Below are positions 8,572-18,064 of a stretch of DNA of 64,000 nucleotides, one piece after another. Under the pieces are notes generated by a model. That model saw only the letters and a program-made list of their open reading frames with translations. It did not search any database and was not told the DNA's origin. The stretch covers positions 88,314 through 152,313 of the forward strand of contig DASSSY010000008.1 of the NCBI GenBank assembly GCA_035708205.1. Reading direction: 5' to 3'. The translations under genes and the position numbers were made by a program. This DNA comes from Edaphocola sp. (GTDB lineage: Bacteria > Bacteroidota > Bacteroidia > Chitinophagales > Chitinophagaceae). How positions within the stretch are numbered: position 1 is the first letter of the stretch; each line of letters starts with the position of its first letter.

Positions 8572-11500
8572 TCAAATCTTATATCTCAATTTAGCTACCT
8601 CAATGCAGCCTTCTGCAATCTTGTCCATCTCATCGAATGACAGGTCAATATTGTATTTATCCCTCACTTCATCGATCAAATAGTCTCCTATTTCAATGAA
8701 TAACCTGCCGGTAATATTTGTCTTAATCTGCCAATCAACAATCGGTTTGCCATCATCCAATACGGAATGCTGAATAAAATCATCAATGTGCAAGGCCGTC
8801 TGCGTGGATATATTTTTGCAAGTTAACTTGTCTTGTATCTTTTCAGATAGAACCTCAACAGTCAATCCATAAAATGCCTTAGCGATATCTCTTTCCTTCA
8901 ACTGCTCCGGAATATCCTTGTCGGTATGAGCAAGAACATCATTCATAATTTCCTGAACCCTCTTCAGGTATTGTGCTTCATTGATGCGCTTAGCCTCATA
9001 ATCGGCAATAGCATCTTTCAACATTTGAGAGAACTTTTTATAAAATGCAGGGTCTTCATCCATTTTCTCCCGGATGTGCTTAGCTGTTCTGCTGGCAATT
9101 TTGTCAGCCTTGGCTGCTTTCCCCGTCGTGTTTTCCACTTCCTGCTGAAATTTGTCTTTGTCGAAAATGTTCACCAATTCGGTAATCGTCTCAATCTTTT
9201 CAGTAGTAATATGAGTATCAATCAGCTTTTGAATCTGACCTTCGTACTGTTTGTAATTTATGACATCGCTGTATCTTTCCACCACGGCCAGACGTAACTT
9301 CAAGAACATAGCCAGATCTTCCTTATATCGGTCAATGACCTTTTCCTCCACTTCATTGTGAAACTGGATGGAAGATAAAGCCAGTTTTAGACTTTTGGCG
9401 AAGTCGGCCAGTTTGTCATAAAACAAGACTCTCTTAGCTTCATCTTTCAATAACTGCTGATAGGCTTCTGCATCGCGTTTGTTGGTTATGGTCTTGAATA
9501 TATCCCATAAGTCGGAATGCTTTTGCGGAAGCTTCTTTATTTCCTCAGATATATTGGTAAGGGTACCGGCTAAGTCTTCTTCATCGAAATCTTCAAATGA
9601 GGAATACAACTTCAGCGCATCATCTAAATTTTCAATTACACCGTAGTAGTCAATAATATAACCAAAATCCTTGTCCGGATAAATGCGGTTAACTCTGGCT
9701 ATGGCTTGCAGGAGCTTGTGCCCGCGTAGGTTTCTGGTCAGATAAAGCACGGTATTTTTGGGCTCATCAAAACCCGTAAGCAATTTATCTACCACAATGA
9801 TAATTTCGGGGTCTCGTTGATTCTTGAAACGGTTAATCACATTCGTTTCATATTTTTTAGCATTGCCATGCTCCTCCATCATTCGCTGCCAAAACCGGTT
9901 GACCTTTTCCGATGATTTTTCATAGGCTGTTTCTTCTCCCTCCCGCTCGTCAATGGGAGAAATGAGTACTTCACTGGTTACAATACCAATTTCATCCAAA
10001 AACTCTTTATAGCGGATAGCATTTACCTTTTTATCACAAACTAACTGGGCTTTAAATGGCGTCCCCTGCCAATTACTGCGGAAGTGCCGGCTGATATCCC
10101 AGGCTATCGCATAGATTTTTTGTTCGGCGCCATTGAGTTGGTCTGCCCTTGCAAATTTCTTTTTCAAATCGGCCTTTTGGTAATCGGTCAACGGTTCGGA
10201 AACCATACCGAAAAAGGTGTCTATGGGGTTTTCATTGACCTTTTGACTGGCGACTCTTCCTTCGTACAACAATGGAACAACCGCCCTATCTCTTACGGCC
10301 TCATCAACGGTATAAGCATCAATAATGCCGCCGAATTTTGCTGCGGTACTCTTGTCTTTTTTGAAAAGGGGGGTTCCGGTCATGGCGATAAAACATGCGT
10401 TGGGCAAGGTTTTTTGCATGTCTATATTGAATATGCCATGTTGGGTTCTGTGGCCTTCATCCACCAGTACAAAAATATCAGGGCTTTCCAATGGTTTGTT
10501 GATTTTCTTTACCGCGGCCACAAACTTGTTGATGATTGTGGTAACTACGGCATCGCTTTTGCTTTCCAATAATTCCACCAACCGTTGGCCGGTCGTGGCA
10601 TTTTCTACAAACTTGCCGCATTTTCGGAAAGTCCCGGTGAGCTGGCGGTCTAAGTCAGTGCGATCGGTTACCAATATTATTTTCGGGTTCTGAATGCCTG
10701 GGTCCATTGCAATAGCCTGTGCCAACATGACCATAGTTAGTGATTTCCCGCTTCCTTGTGTATGCCAGATTACGCCACCTTTTCTTCTGCCATTTTCAAT
10801 ATGTTCAATTCGCTGCATTGTCTTTTTAATGGAAAAAAATTGCTGGTAACGAGTTACTTTCTTTTCTCCATTGTCGAACAGGATAAAATTGAAAATGATG
10901 TCCATTAACCTCTTGGGACGACACAATCCATATAAATACCTGTCTTGTTCCGTTGGTAAAATGGTCTCTTGTTTTAATGCATCGAAATATTGACGAACAT
11001 ATTTAAAGCGGTCTGCAAACAACTGATTTTTAATTCCATCAGACAGCGGTTCGTTTTTTATATCCTGTAATCTGGCCTTATAGGTTTGTTCCTCCTCAAC
11101 GGTTTCAAATTTTTCCTTCCATTTCGACCAGAATTCTTCCGGCGTGGCATTGGTTGCATAAAGGGCATCATTACAACTGATGGAAAGCAGTAATTGGGCA
11201 TATACATACAAGCTGCGAATGCCGTCTGCCTGCTGGCTCCTTAATTGCTGGCTGATTGCCTGCGAAAGCGGTTCTTTCCTATCCGGGCGCTTACATTCGA
11301 TGATGCAAAGCGGAATACCATTGACAAATAAGACCAGATCGGGCCTATAATGCTCTTTGCTGGTGCTCCGCATGACGCTAAACTCCTCGGTAACATGAAA
11401 AACATTATTGCTGATATTCTTCCAGTCAATGTATTGAAGCGTGAAACTTTTTTTATCACCGTCCACACTTTGCTCCAATGCCTGCCCCAGGGTAAGCAGG

Positions 11501-11799
11501 TTGTATGCTTTTTCACAGGCGGCAATGTAGCCTTCATTCATGGGCAGGTTTTTGAGCGCTTGTATGCCCCGCTCAATATTTTCATCTGTGAAAATGCTCG
11601 TCCGGGTAGCACTTACCCGAATACTGTTGATTTCCTTCAATTGCCTTCTCAGGATATCTTCCAGCAATACATTAGATGTTTTGCCACCTCTTTGCCGCTC
11701 AGCTTCTGCCGGACTAAGGTAACTGTAACCCAATTTCAGCAGCATTTGCAGCGCCGGAATCTGGCTGATATGATCTTCTTTGAAACTTGGTATATTCAT
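8572..11799 (-). CDS. hsdR: Type I restriction endonuclease subunit R
   Basis: 1075 aa. N-terminal nuclease-type region (MNIPSFKEDHISQIPALQML... CIIECKRP) and SF2 helicase motifs TQGSGKS and VLVDEGHR. Confidence 0.95.
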   Translation of the reverse strand: MNIPSFKEDHISQIPALQMLLKLGYSYLSPAEAERQRGGKTSNVLLEDILRRQLKEINSIRVSATRTSIFTDENIERGIQALKNLPMNEGYIAACEKAYNLLTLGQALEQSVDGDKKSFTLQYIDWKNISNNVFHVTEEFSVMRSTSKEHYRPDLVLFVNGIPLCIIECKRPDRKEPLSQAISQQLRSQQADGIRSLYVYAQLLLSISCNDALYATNATPEEFWSKWKEKFETVEEEQTYKARLQDIKNEPLSDGIKNQLFADRFKYVRQYFDALKQETILPTEQDRYLYGLCRPKRLMDIIFNFILFDNGEKKVTRYQQFFSIKKTMQRIEHIENGRRKGGVIWHTQGSGKSLTMVMLAQAIAMDPGIQNPKIILVTDRTDLDRQLTGTFRKCGKFVENATTGQRLVELLESKSDAVVTTIINKFVAAVKKINKPLESPDIFVLVDEGHRTQHGIFNIDMQKTLPNACFIAMTGTPLFKKDKSTAAKFGGIIDAYTVDEAVRDRAVVPLLYEGRVASQKVNENPIDTFFGMVSEPLTDYQKADLKKKFARADQLNGAEQKIYAIAWDISRHFRSNWQGTPFKAQLVCDKKVNAIRYKEFLDEIGIVTSEVLISPIDEREGEETAYEKSSEKVNRFWQRMMEEHGNAKKYETNVINRFKNQRDPEIIIVVDKLLTGFDEPKNTVLYLTRNLRGHKLLQAIARVNRIYPDKDFGYIIDYYGVIENLDDALKLYSSFEDFDEEDLAGTLTNISEEIKKLPQKHSDLWDIFKTITNKRDAEAYQQLLKDEAKRVLFYDKLADFAKSLKLALSSIQFHNEVEEKVIDRYKEDLAMFLKLRLAVVERYSDVINYKQYEGQIQKLIDTHITTEKIETITELVNIFDKDKFQQEVENTTGKAAKADKIASRTAKHIREKMDEDPAFYKKFSQMLKDAIADYEAKRINEAQYLKRVQEIMNDVLAHTDKDIPEQLKERDIAKAFYGLTVEVLSEKIQDKLTCKNISTQTALHIDDFIQHSVLDDGKPIVDWQIKTNITGRLFIEIGDYLIDEVRDKYNIDLSFDEMDKIAEGCIEVAKLRYKI

Positions 11800-11888
11800 T
11801 TTCCCTGTATCCTTATTGTCTTCTAATAATTTTCTTCACTCCAATTAAAATGAACCGCTCACATACTTATGATTATCAGTATATTGTA

Positions 11889-11924
11889 AATTCTTCTCTT
11901 AATTCTTCTCTTAATTCTTCTCTT
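11889..11924. repeat. 12-bp x3 perfect tandem repeat (aattcttctctt; minus strand AAGAGAAGAATT)
   Basis: Units at 11889-11900, 11901-11912 and 11913-11924. It lies in the 139-nt gap between the AlbA_2-like gene and hsdR. Confidence 0.9.
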
Positions 11925-11938
11925 AAATACTTGCCCAA

Positions 11939-13600
11939 TCACTTTTTAAGAGACCATTTGGGTTTACTATAAGTACCTGTATTTTCAATTCTTTCTTTCA
12001 TCCTTAATTCTGATAGTAGGTTCCCAATCTTGTTTTTCTTCTGCTTATCATCCATCCAGTCTGGTAGCTTCTTCCACAACAATTCGTCTATGTCACTCCT
12101 TTCCAGTATCTTATGTTCTCTGATTGCTTTTTCAATTAAATCCAGATAATAGCTCTTATCAAAAGCCTTGTTTTTAGAATAAGCGGCCTTTTGACCTGTT
12201 TTTGCGGCTACTTTTATTCCTATGTAATAGTTTGGCTTCCTCCCCTCAATCAGGTTTTTGTTCCGTAAGTGCTTCTCTTCAAAAGCCGATAAAGTTTGCT
12301 TCTTCTGAACTTTGTCCAGCATCATAATTTCTTCCAAAGTCAGGTCTTTATTCTGAGCAAGTAATCGGGCATAATTCATGTCCAGGATTTTTCCCGAAAT
12401 GGACACTTTTACTCTATCGTTAGACAAGTCGTAATCAGGTAAAGGAAAAAATCGCGCTCGCTGAAAATTAAATATTTTCTTAATGCCCCCGCCGGCAGTA
12501 TCTACCATTTTAAGATTAAACATAGCGGTTGCCAGGAAACGGTTTCGGTAATATTCTTCGGGTGCATCTTCTATAACCACCTTTTCTACGTTTCCGGGAA
12601 TAAAGGAACCCTGATTGGTGAATACCAGTTGATCGGGCATCTCTATGACGTTTATTCTCGCGTTTTTTGTATAATCCTGATGAGCAATACAGTTATTGAT
12701 GGCTTCACGGATGGAGAACGGCTCATACTTTGATACTTCTGTAGGAAAAATAGTTCCTTCCTGCATATAGCGATACTTGATATTCCGAACCTTTGCATAT
12801 ACCTTTTCTACGGAAAGAATGAAAGGCAACCCAAAAATCTCATAATCTATATCATTGTTCTTTTCATCAACCAACTTCCAACGAATTTTGATATCAGCAG
12901 GACTCAGAAAATGCTCGGATTCATCTTTTCCTAAAAGGATGAGTGCCGTTCGGGTAATTTTTCCTTTGATGGTTACTTTTGATTTATTGAGAAAAGCAAT
13001 ATCATCCCAGGCATCCACTTCTTGCGCTTTATCTGGAAATTTATTTTTAAAGTTTTTTCTGGCCAGCGCAATGGCATCTTCGTCCAAATCTTCCACTGAA
13101 GCACCGGAGACAATGGCCGCACTCCAGTCTTCTTTAATTGCCTGAGCACGAATACGTTCAATTTTTTCAAGATTCAGCGGGGCTAATTCTTCTCCGTCAC
13201 GGGCGTAATAATGCCCATCAAATGCAATTGGAATCCCCCGCGGAGCCGCCGGAATCTGAAACATAATAACACGGCCATCGGTGGTATTGAGCTCGTGAAT
13301 CTCAATAAAAGAAATCCGATTGGTAGTTTTATTGGCAATCTCACCTTTTAAGCTGTCAAGATCCTTTCGTAAAGTTCTAAAATTACTTCCAATAATAGAA
13401 TGATCTTTATCTCTTATACCAAAAACCAGCCAGCTATAAGGCTTGCCTTTTAAATTGGCCTCATTACTTAAGGCAGAAAAGTATTTCCCCAGTTTGGTAA
13501 AGTCATAACCTTTTTTAGCTTCCTTAAATTCAACAATTTCATTCTCGGCCGTGAGATCGAGGAGGCTTTGAAGGATATGTCTTAATTCTGTCATAGGCAT
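11939..13600 (-). CDS. AlbA_2 (Schlafen-like) DNA-binding domain plus HATPase_c_4-type ATPase plus C-terminal wHTH protein ('RecG-like' transcriptional regulator family)
   Basis: The N-terminus ENEIVEFKEAKKGYDFTKLGKYFSALSNEANLKGKPYSWLVFGI is typical of AlbA_2. The central region has NNCIAHQDY and MVDTAGGGIKKIF. Confidence 0.7.
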   Translation of the reverse strand: MPMTELRHILQSLLDLTAENEIVEFKEAKKGYDFTKLGKYFSALSNEANLKGKPYSWLVFGIRDKDHSIIGSNFRTLRKDLDSLKGEIANKTTNRISFIEIHELNTTDGRVIMFQIPAAPRGIPIAFDGHYYARDGEELAPLNLEKIERIRAQAIKEDWSAAIVSGASVEDLDEDAIALARKNFKNKFPDKAQEVDAWDDIAFLNKSKVTIKGKITRTALILLGKDESEHFLSPADIKIRWKLVDEKNNDIDYEIFGLPFILSVEKVYAKVRNIKYRYMQEGTIFPTEVSKYEPFSIREAINNCIAHQDYTKNARINVIEMPDQLVFTNQGSFIPGNVEKVVIEDAPEEYYRNRFLATAMFNLKMVDTAGGGIKKIFNFQRARFFPLPDYDLSNDRVKVSISGKILDMNYARLLAQNKDLTLEEIMMLDKVQKKQTLSAFEEKHLRNKNLIEGRKPNYYIGIKVAAKTGQKAAYSKNKAFDKSYYLDLIEKAIREHKILERSDIDELLWKKLPDWMDDKQKKNKIGNLLSELRMKERIENTGTYSKPKWSLKK

Positions 13601-13610
13601 ACGTAAAATC

Positions 13611-14384
13611 TTATGAGTTTATCAATTCAGCAATTTCATTGGCTATTTCTTCAACGGTAAAATTTGCCGTATTACGGGCAAGCTTATCAGCTATTGAAGG
13701 GGAAAAATCAACTACTTCCTGTTTTGTTATATTGTGCCAAATTGGGAGTAATACTTGTTCCCCACTTACAACCTTTGTAATGATTCCATCCAATTCGTAA
13801 TTTGTCCAACCTTTCTTAATAAAATTCCTTGATAATACAACTATTCCAAATTTACTTTTGGCAAGTCCTTTGTCTATCTTCTGCCTTAAACTGTCACCAA
13901 TTTTCAATTCAAACTCGTCATACCAAACGGATAGCCCTGCGTTTCTAAGTGCGATAGCTAATGGCCGAACTATTTCATCCTTATCTTCGGAGGCATGGGA
14001 AATAAATACATCATGCTCTCTGTAAGCCCCATTATCAAACCCAAATGGAGATTGCGCTCCACCCTGAACCAATGAAGGCACCGACGATAATGGAGCATCT
14101 TGATAAACTGGTAAAGCGGAAGGTAATATCTGTACATTAGCATTTGTGGAGCCTCTCAATCCTTGCATATCAACCGTTACATAGTAGTGCCCCGAACTTG
14201 GAACCCCTAATATAACTGGTGATTTTGTTACTAATCCGCCTACATAACGATGACTCCTTCCCGATTTATAATTATTGTAATTGGAGTTATCCATTAAACG
14301 AACATTCGCAGCATTTCCAGTTAATGTTACCTTAACTCGTTCACCTCTTTTAAGCTGTTTTAAGTCCCAAACTAAATATTCCAT
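13611..14384 (-). CDS. DUF1883-TIR domain protein
   Basis: N-terminal ~95 aa (LKRGERVKVTLTGNAANVRLMDNSNYNNYKSGRSHRYVGG) is DUF1883-like. C-terminal TIR has HDVFISHASEDKD and a candidate catalytic Glu in WTNYELDG. Confidence 0.75.
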   Translation of the reverse strand: MEYLVWDLKQLKRGERVKVTLTGNAANVRLMDNSNYNNYKSGRSHRYVGGLVTKSPVILGVPSSGHYYVTVDMQGLRGSTNANVQILPSALPVYQDAPLSSVPSLVQGGAQSPFGFDNGAYREHDVFISHASEDKDEIVRPLAIALRNAGLSVWYDEFELKIGDSLRQKIDKGLAKSKFGIVVLSRNFIKKGWTNYELDGIITKVVSGEQVLLPIWHNITKQEVVDFSPSIADKLARNTANFTVEEIANEIAELINS

Positions 14385-14406
14385 ATTTTTTATTTTACTT
14401 CTTTTT

Positions 14407-15273
14407 TCAACTTACAGGAAATTTATCTCCAAACAACTGCTTCCAGATATTCAGGGCATTTTTATTACTATTAGTTTGAATTGCTAACTCCGCATCTTTA
14501 AGCATTTGCCGGAACGTTTCTTTGAATTTAGTTCGTTGATCAAAATCCAATTTTAATAAATTATCTTGTGGTGTTGCCGGATTAATAACCTCAGTATCTC
14601 CGTTCCAAAACCCTCCAAAAGTTGATTCAATGGCTTTGGCTGTTTCAAAAAATGCTTTATCATCTCGGCTGTTTGGTTTGTAATTATTAGTAACCCAAAT
14701 CGTGAAAGAGATTCCATTTGGCATTTTTCTGCTCCGCTGATATGCCCATGCTTTAAAGTATTTCACCAGCCGTATTAGCTGCCCATTTTTATCTTTTCTC
14801 TTCTCAAACCAATCACACAGTTCTTTTGGATCACTTTGTAGCCAACCTTTCTTCGTAGCTAAAAAGGGATGTTTGTCATGGGGTGTTTTATAATACACAG
14901 GTAAGTCAATATCATAATCGCCTTGGTAAATGACTCGGATACATTTCTCTCTGTGCTCAACACCTCCTACAGTACAGCCATTTACAGCATTGTGAACATT
15001 TTTTTGTAAACTTAATGATTCAATTTTGGGTTTCTCCAGAAAATAAATTCCTAAGTCAACATCATAAGTGCCATTCTTTTTTACTACCATAGTTCCCATT
15101 TTGTAAGAACCCTGTATATAAAATCTTGGTGTAAGGAATTTTGCATGTGATTTAAAATGTTCACGAATACGATTCTCTAATGCTTTTCGTGAAGCAATCA
15201 GCTTTTTCTTTTTGGCAGGACTAAGCGAAATAGCCCGTTCAAATTGCAAAAATTGCTTATAAGTGTTTCCCAT
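14407..15273 (-). CDS. CD-NTase-like (cGAS/DncV-like) nucleotidyltransferase, short form (288 aa)
   Basis: Pol-beta NTase triad layout: IQGSYKMGT, YDVDLGIYF and DYDIDLPVYY, followed by WLQSDPKELCDWF and LIRLVKYFKAW. Confidence 0.75.
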   Translation of the reverse strand: MGNTYKQFLQFERAISLSPAKKKKLIASRKALENRIREHFKSHAKFLTPRFYIQGSYKMGTMVVKKNGTYDVDLGIYFLEKPKIESLSLQKNVHNAVNGCTVGGVEHREKCIRVIYQGDYDIDLPVYYKTPHDKHPFLATKKGWLQSDPKELCDWFEKRKDKNGQLIRLVKYFKAWAYQRSRKMPNGISFTIWVTNNYKPNSRDDKAFFETAKAIESTFGGFWNGDTEVINPATPQDNLLKLDFDQRTKFKETFRQMLKDAELAIQTNSNKNALNIWKQLFGDKFPVS

Positions 15274-15284
15274 TGCGCTATGAA

Positions 15285-16349
15285 TTACTTAGCATCAAAG
15301 AATTTACTGCCACTCCCAAAATTCTTAATAATATCGGTAGCATTTTTTTGAAATTCTATATTGGCTTTCTCAGCGAGTTTTTTAAGTTTTCCTTTATTTG
15401 TTTCGTCCATTTCAATAGGGCAACTTTCATCTAATTGTGTATCAATTCTTATGTAGTGAAAGTTATCCGGCTCTTGTTTGTCAATACCATTTTTTAAGAT
15501 GCTAATTAAGTTTTGCGCTTGTTGAGTTTGACCTTGCATAAAAACTTCAATCAGCCGTTTCTTTCCATCTCCAAGCATCCAGTAATAAATGCCATATTTC
15601 ACGCGATGTTTTTTCTTCTTGTCTATTCCGGCGTCACAAAAGCGTTGATGTCCCGTTCCGACGGATAAAACAGATAAGTCTTTTAGCTCAAGGTTGAAAG
15701 CTTTTTTTGCTTCGATAATTCCATTTAACGTTGGGTTATTTGCAAATACACCTCCGTCCACTTTATTTTGGAAAGGTTTTTCTAATCCATTCAAATCAAT
15801 GTAAGAAGCTGAATATGGGTCAAAATAAGTGGGGGCAGCTGAAGTCGCCAATGCGGCTTGGTATGCCGGAATATGAAAGTCTCTGACAAAGGCTGGATGA
15901 TATTTACTCTTTAGAACCGAAGGCCTTCCTTCCATTAAATCATAAATGGGAATGGCTACATGTGTTTTACAATGTTTTAATCTTGGGTCTTCTCCATCTT
16001 CTCCATTGTGATAAGCCTTGTATTTGTCCCGGATTAACTTTTCTAAAGCATCACGATTGTAAGCAGCATATTTAAATCGTTTCAGAAAGCCCTTTTTATT
16101 ACCAAAAATAGTCTCAGCATTATTCAAATAGAGTTCGTAAATCTCTTTTGCAGGAATACCCAAGGCCAAAGCAATTGCCATAATTCCGCCTGTGGAAGTA
16201 CCACAGATTAAATCGAAGTTCTGATAAACCTGCCATTTCTCAATGCCTTTGGCTTTGAGTTCTGCTTCATAGTTGGCTAAAAACATTGCTGGGAAAATGC
16301 CTCTGATTCCGCCACCATCTATGGATAATATTTTGAAGGGTTCTGCCAT
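15285..16349 (-). CDS. Patatin-like phospholipase (CapV-like)
   Basis: Oxyanion-hole motif DGGGIRG, nucleophile elbow GTSTG, and catalytic Asp in VDGGVFANNP. 354 aa. Confidence 0.85.
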   Translation of the reverse strand: MAEPFKILSIDGGGIRGIFPAMFLANYEAELKAKGIEKWQVYQNFDLICGTSTGGIMAIALALGIPAKEIYELYLNNAETIFGNKKGFLKRFKYAAYNRDALEKLIRDKYKAYHNGEDGEDPRLKHCKTHVAIPIYDLMEGRPSVLKSKYHPAFVRDFHIPAYQAALATSAAPTYFDPYSASYIDLNGLEKPFQNKVDGGVFANNPTLNGIIEAKKAFNLELKDLSVLSVGTGHQRFCDAGIDKKKKHRVKYGIYYWMLGDGKKRLIEVFMQGQTQQAQNLISILKNGIDKQEPDNFHYIRIDTQLDESCPIEMDETNKGKLKKLAEKANIEFQKNATDIIKNFGSGSKFFDAK

Positions 16350-16350
16350 A

Positions 16351-17607
16351 TTATTTGATTCTGATTTTACCAGTTAATAATTGCTGCATCAATCCTTTCT
16401 TCTGCATCCTTAGTTTCTCCGCTTTGACCTTGAGCAGGTTAATTTCTTTATCTGCTGCTCGCAAGATTTGGACAATCGCTGTTTGCTCCTTAATTGTCGG
16501 GATAAAAAACTTCATTGAACAAAGCCCATCAAAAGATAAGCTATCTCGTACACTACCTTGAACGAACATCGGGATATGGCCGTAAAACCATTGTGTTTTT
16601 AAGTGGAAGTAAAGAAAATCCGCCAGCAGACGTTTTTCGTCCGTTGCAAATATAATATACATCGGGCTTAAAATCCCAGCTTCCAAATTTCTTAGCAAAT
16701 CGAGCGAGCCAACATTAACCCTGGATGGATTGTAGGCAAATTGACCTTTCTTGACTATCTTATAATTTGAAGTATTCTCACTTGCAACGGTTCTATCAAA
16801 TTGGTCCGTTTGGTTAATAAATCCTCTAGAATTGGTTACAGATAAAATGTTTAAAACCTTTGCCTCTTTATTTCTTTCTGAAATTTCCCTTATAAACTGG
16901 CCAACGGCTTTTAGCTTAACTTCCCCACTAAACCCGTTCGACCGTATTTTCCCACTTAACAATTGCTGCATTAGCCATTTTTTGCGAAGTTCTTTTTGGG
17001 CTATGAGTTTATCGGTGGCCGCAATGACAGCATCGCATGATTTTAATATTCTTGCAATTGATTGTTGTTCAGGAATAGTTGGGAGTGGAATTTTAACTTG
17101 AGAAAGGTCTCCTTGTCCAATATTTGTTCTAACCGCACCTTGACCATTTCGTATAATTTGATTCCTTACAATACTTGAACGAAGACAATATCTTTTATAA
17201 AAATCATCTATTGATTTGTTCAATGGTCGCCCTCTTATCACAAAGCCTCCAAATACAACTTCATCTGTTCCATTATAAACGGCAGATAAACCAATTTCTT
17301 CAACCGTTTCCGATGTCCTGTTGAAAAGCACATCTCCATCTTTTACTAAGTATAGTTCTTTCTGCTCATCGGATATTTGGACTGTTCCGGGAATCAAGTC
17401 AGGTGTGATATAGTCATTATAAATAACTTCCATAACGTTAATAAACTTAACACCACTCCCATAACTTTCTTTTCCAGCATTGATACCGTTTTTAAAATCA
17501 AACAGTTTACCTAATTTAATTACATCCCACTCACTTGGAATTACGGCATCAAGGGAAGGCCTTTTTAAATTGCTGTTTTTATTTTTTACTTCTGGTTGCT
17601 TCATCAT
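16351..17607 (-). CDS. hsdS: Type I R-M specificity subunit, full length with two TRDs
   Basis: Two TRD halves, each ending in the conserved PLPTIPEQQSIARIL / IPTIKEQTAIVQIL motif plus a coiled-coil ending LMQQLL(S/T)GKIR. Confidence 0.9.
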   Translation of the reverse strand: MMKQPEVKNKNSNLKRPSLDAVIPSEWDVIKLGKLFDFKNGINAGKESYGSGVKFINVMEVIYNDYITPDLIPGTVQISDEQKELYLVKDGDVLFNRTSETVEEIGLSAVYNGTDEVVFGGFVIRGRPLNKSIDDFYKRYCLRSSIVRNQIIRNGQGAVRTNIGQGDLSQVKIPLPTIPEQQSIARILKSCDAVIAATDKLIAQKELRKKWLMQQLLSGKIRSNGFSGEVKLKAVGQFIREISERNKEAKVLNILSVTNSRGFINQTDQFDRTVASENTSNYKIVKKGQFAYNPSRVNVGSLDLLRNLEAGILSPMYIIFATDEKRLLADFLYFHLKTQWFYGHIPMFVQGSVRDSLSFDGLCSMKFFIPTIKEQTAIVQILRAADKEINLLKVKAEKLRMQKKGLMQQLLTGKIRIK

Positions 17608-18064
17608 TAGTTTCTTTTAGTTTGTTAGCTTGCTTTTCCGCTTCGGTTTCGTTATGAATACCGCCACCACGCCAAGTGCCGGTACATAGCCAAAGTTCAT
17701 AATGACACAGCCATTCGCAGGCCCAAGGAATTAATGTTCGAATATAAAGCATCCCAACATTCCACTCCACACGATTAGGATAATACAAGCACAATCGCTG
17801 GTCAGGTGTCGAATAGACGTGCGGTAAAGTCTTCTTCCCTTCAGCAAGAGCTAATGGTTTCGGTTCTATTACATATACCCTAATGCCGTTATTTCTAATG
17901 TATGTCAATTTTAATTTGTAAGTATTGCTTAGCGGTGATGGTGTAACTGAACCTGTCCAAGTGAGAGATTCTTCGCGGAAGCGTCTTATTGTACAATCAG
18001 GAAATATCTTTTTTAATGTTCCTTCCTGCACAATCAGTGATATCCTATTGTTCTTCTTTACCAT
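17579..18064 (-). CDS. Stand-alone UBC/E2-like protein (candidate catalytic Cys92)
   Basis: YKLKLTYIRNNGIRVYVIEPKPL...LPHVYSTPDQRLCLYYPNRVEW...TLIPWACEWL mirrors the E2 core pattern (beta-meander, His 10 residues before Cys-Leu, downstream Trp and helix). It overlaps the NTase gene by 20 nt and hsdS by 29 nt. The call is by eye only. Confidence 0.55.
   Translation of the reverse strand: MVKKNNRISLIVQEGTLKKIFPDCTIRRFREESLTWTGSVTPSPLSNTYKLKLTYIRNNGIRVYVIEPKPLALAEGKKTLPHVYSTPDQRLCLYYPNRVEWNVGMLYIRTLIPWACEWLCHYELWLCTGTWRGGGIHNETEAEKQANKLKETNDEATRSKK

Noticed and set aside
8545-8572. 14-bp x2 tandem (cataattcatcgtt) at the hsdR stop, upstream of the YgjP-like gene
   Set aside because: Only two units are present in a 31-nt intergenic spacer of AT-rich simple sequence. 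Similar 'atgagttatgag'-type strings occur at other gene junctions in the island (20830-20865), so it is likely junction or RBS-region composition rather than a discrete element.
8926-11826. Plus-strand ORFs inside hsdR (8926-9297, 10084-10572, 10325-10693, 11350-11826, 11540-11722)
   Set aside because: They are antisense to a 1075-aa gene with unambiguous helicase and nuclease motifs. Their peptides are low-complexity with no motifs, typical of shadow ORFs.
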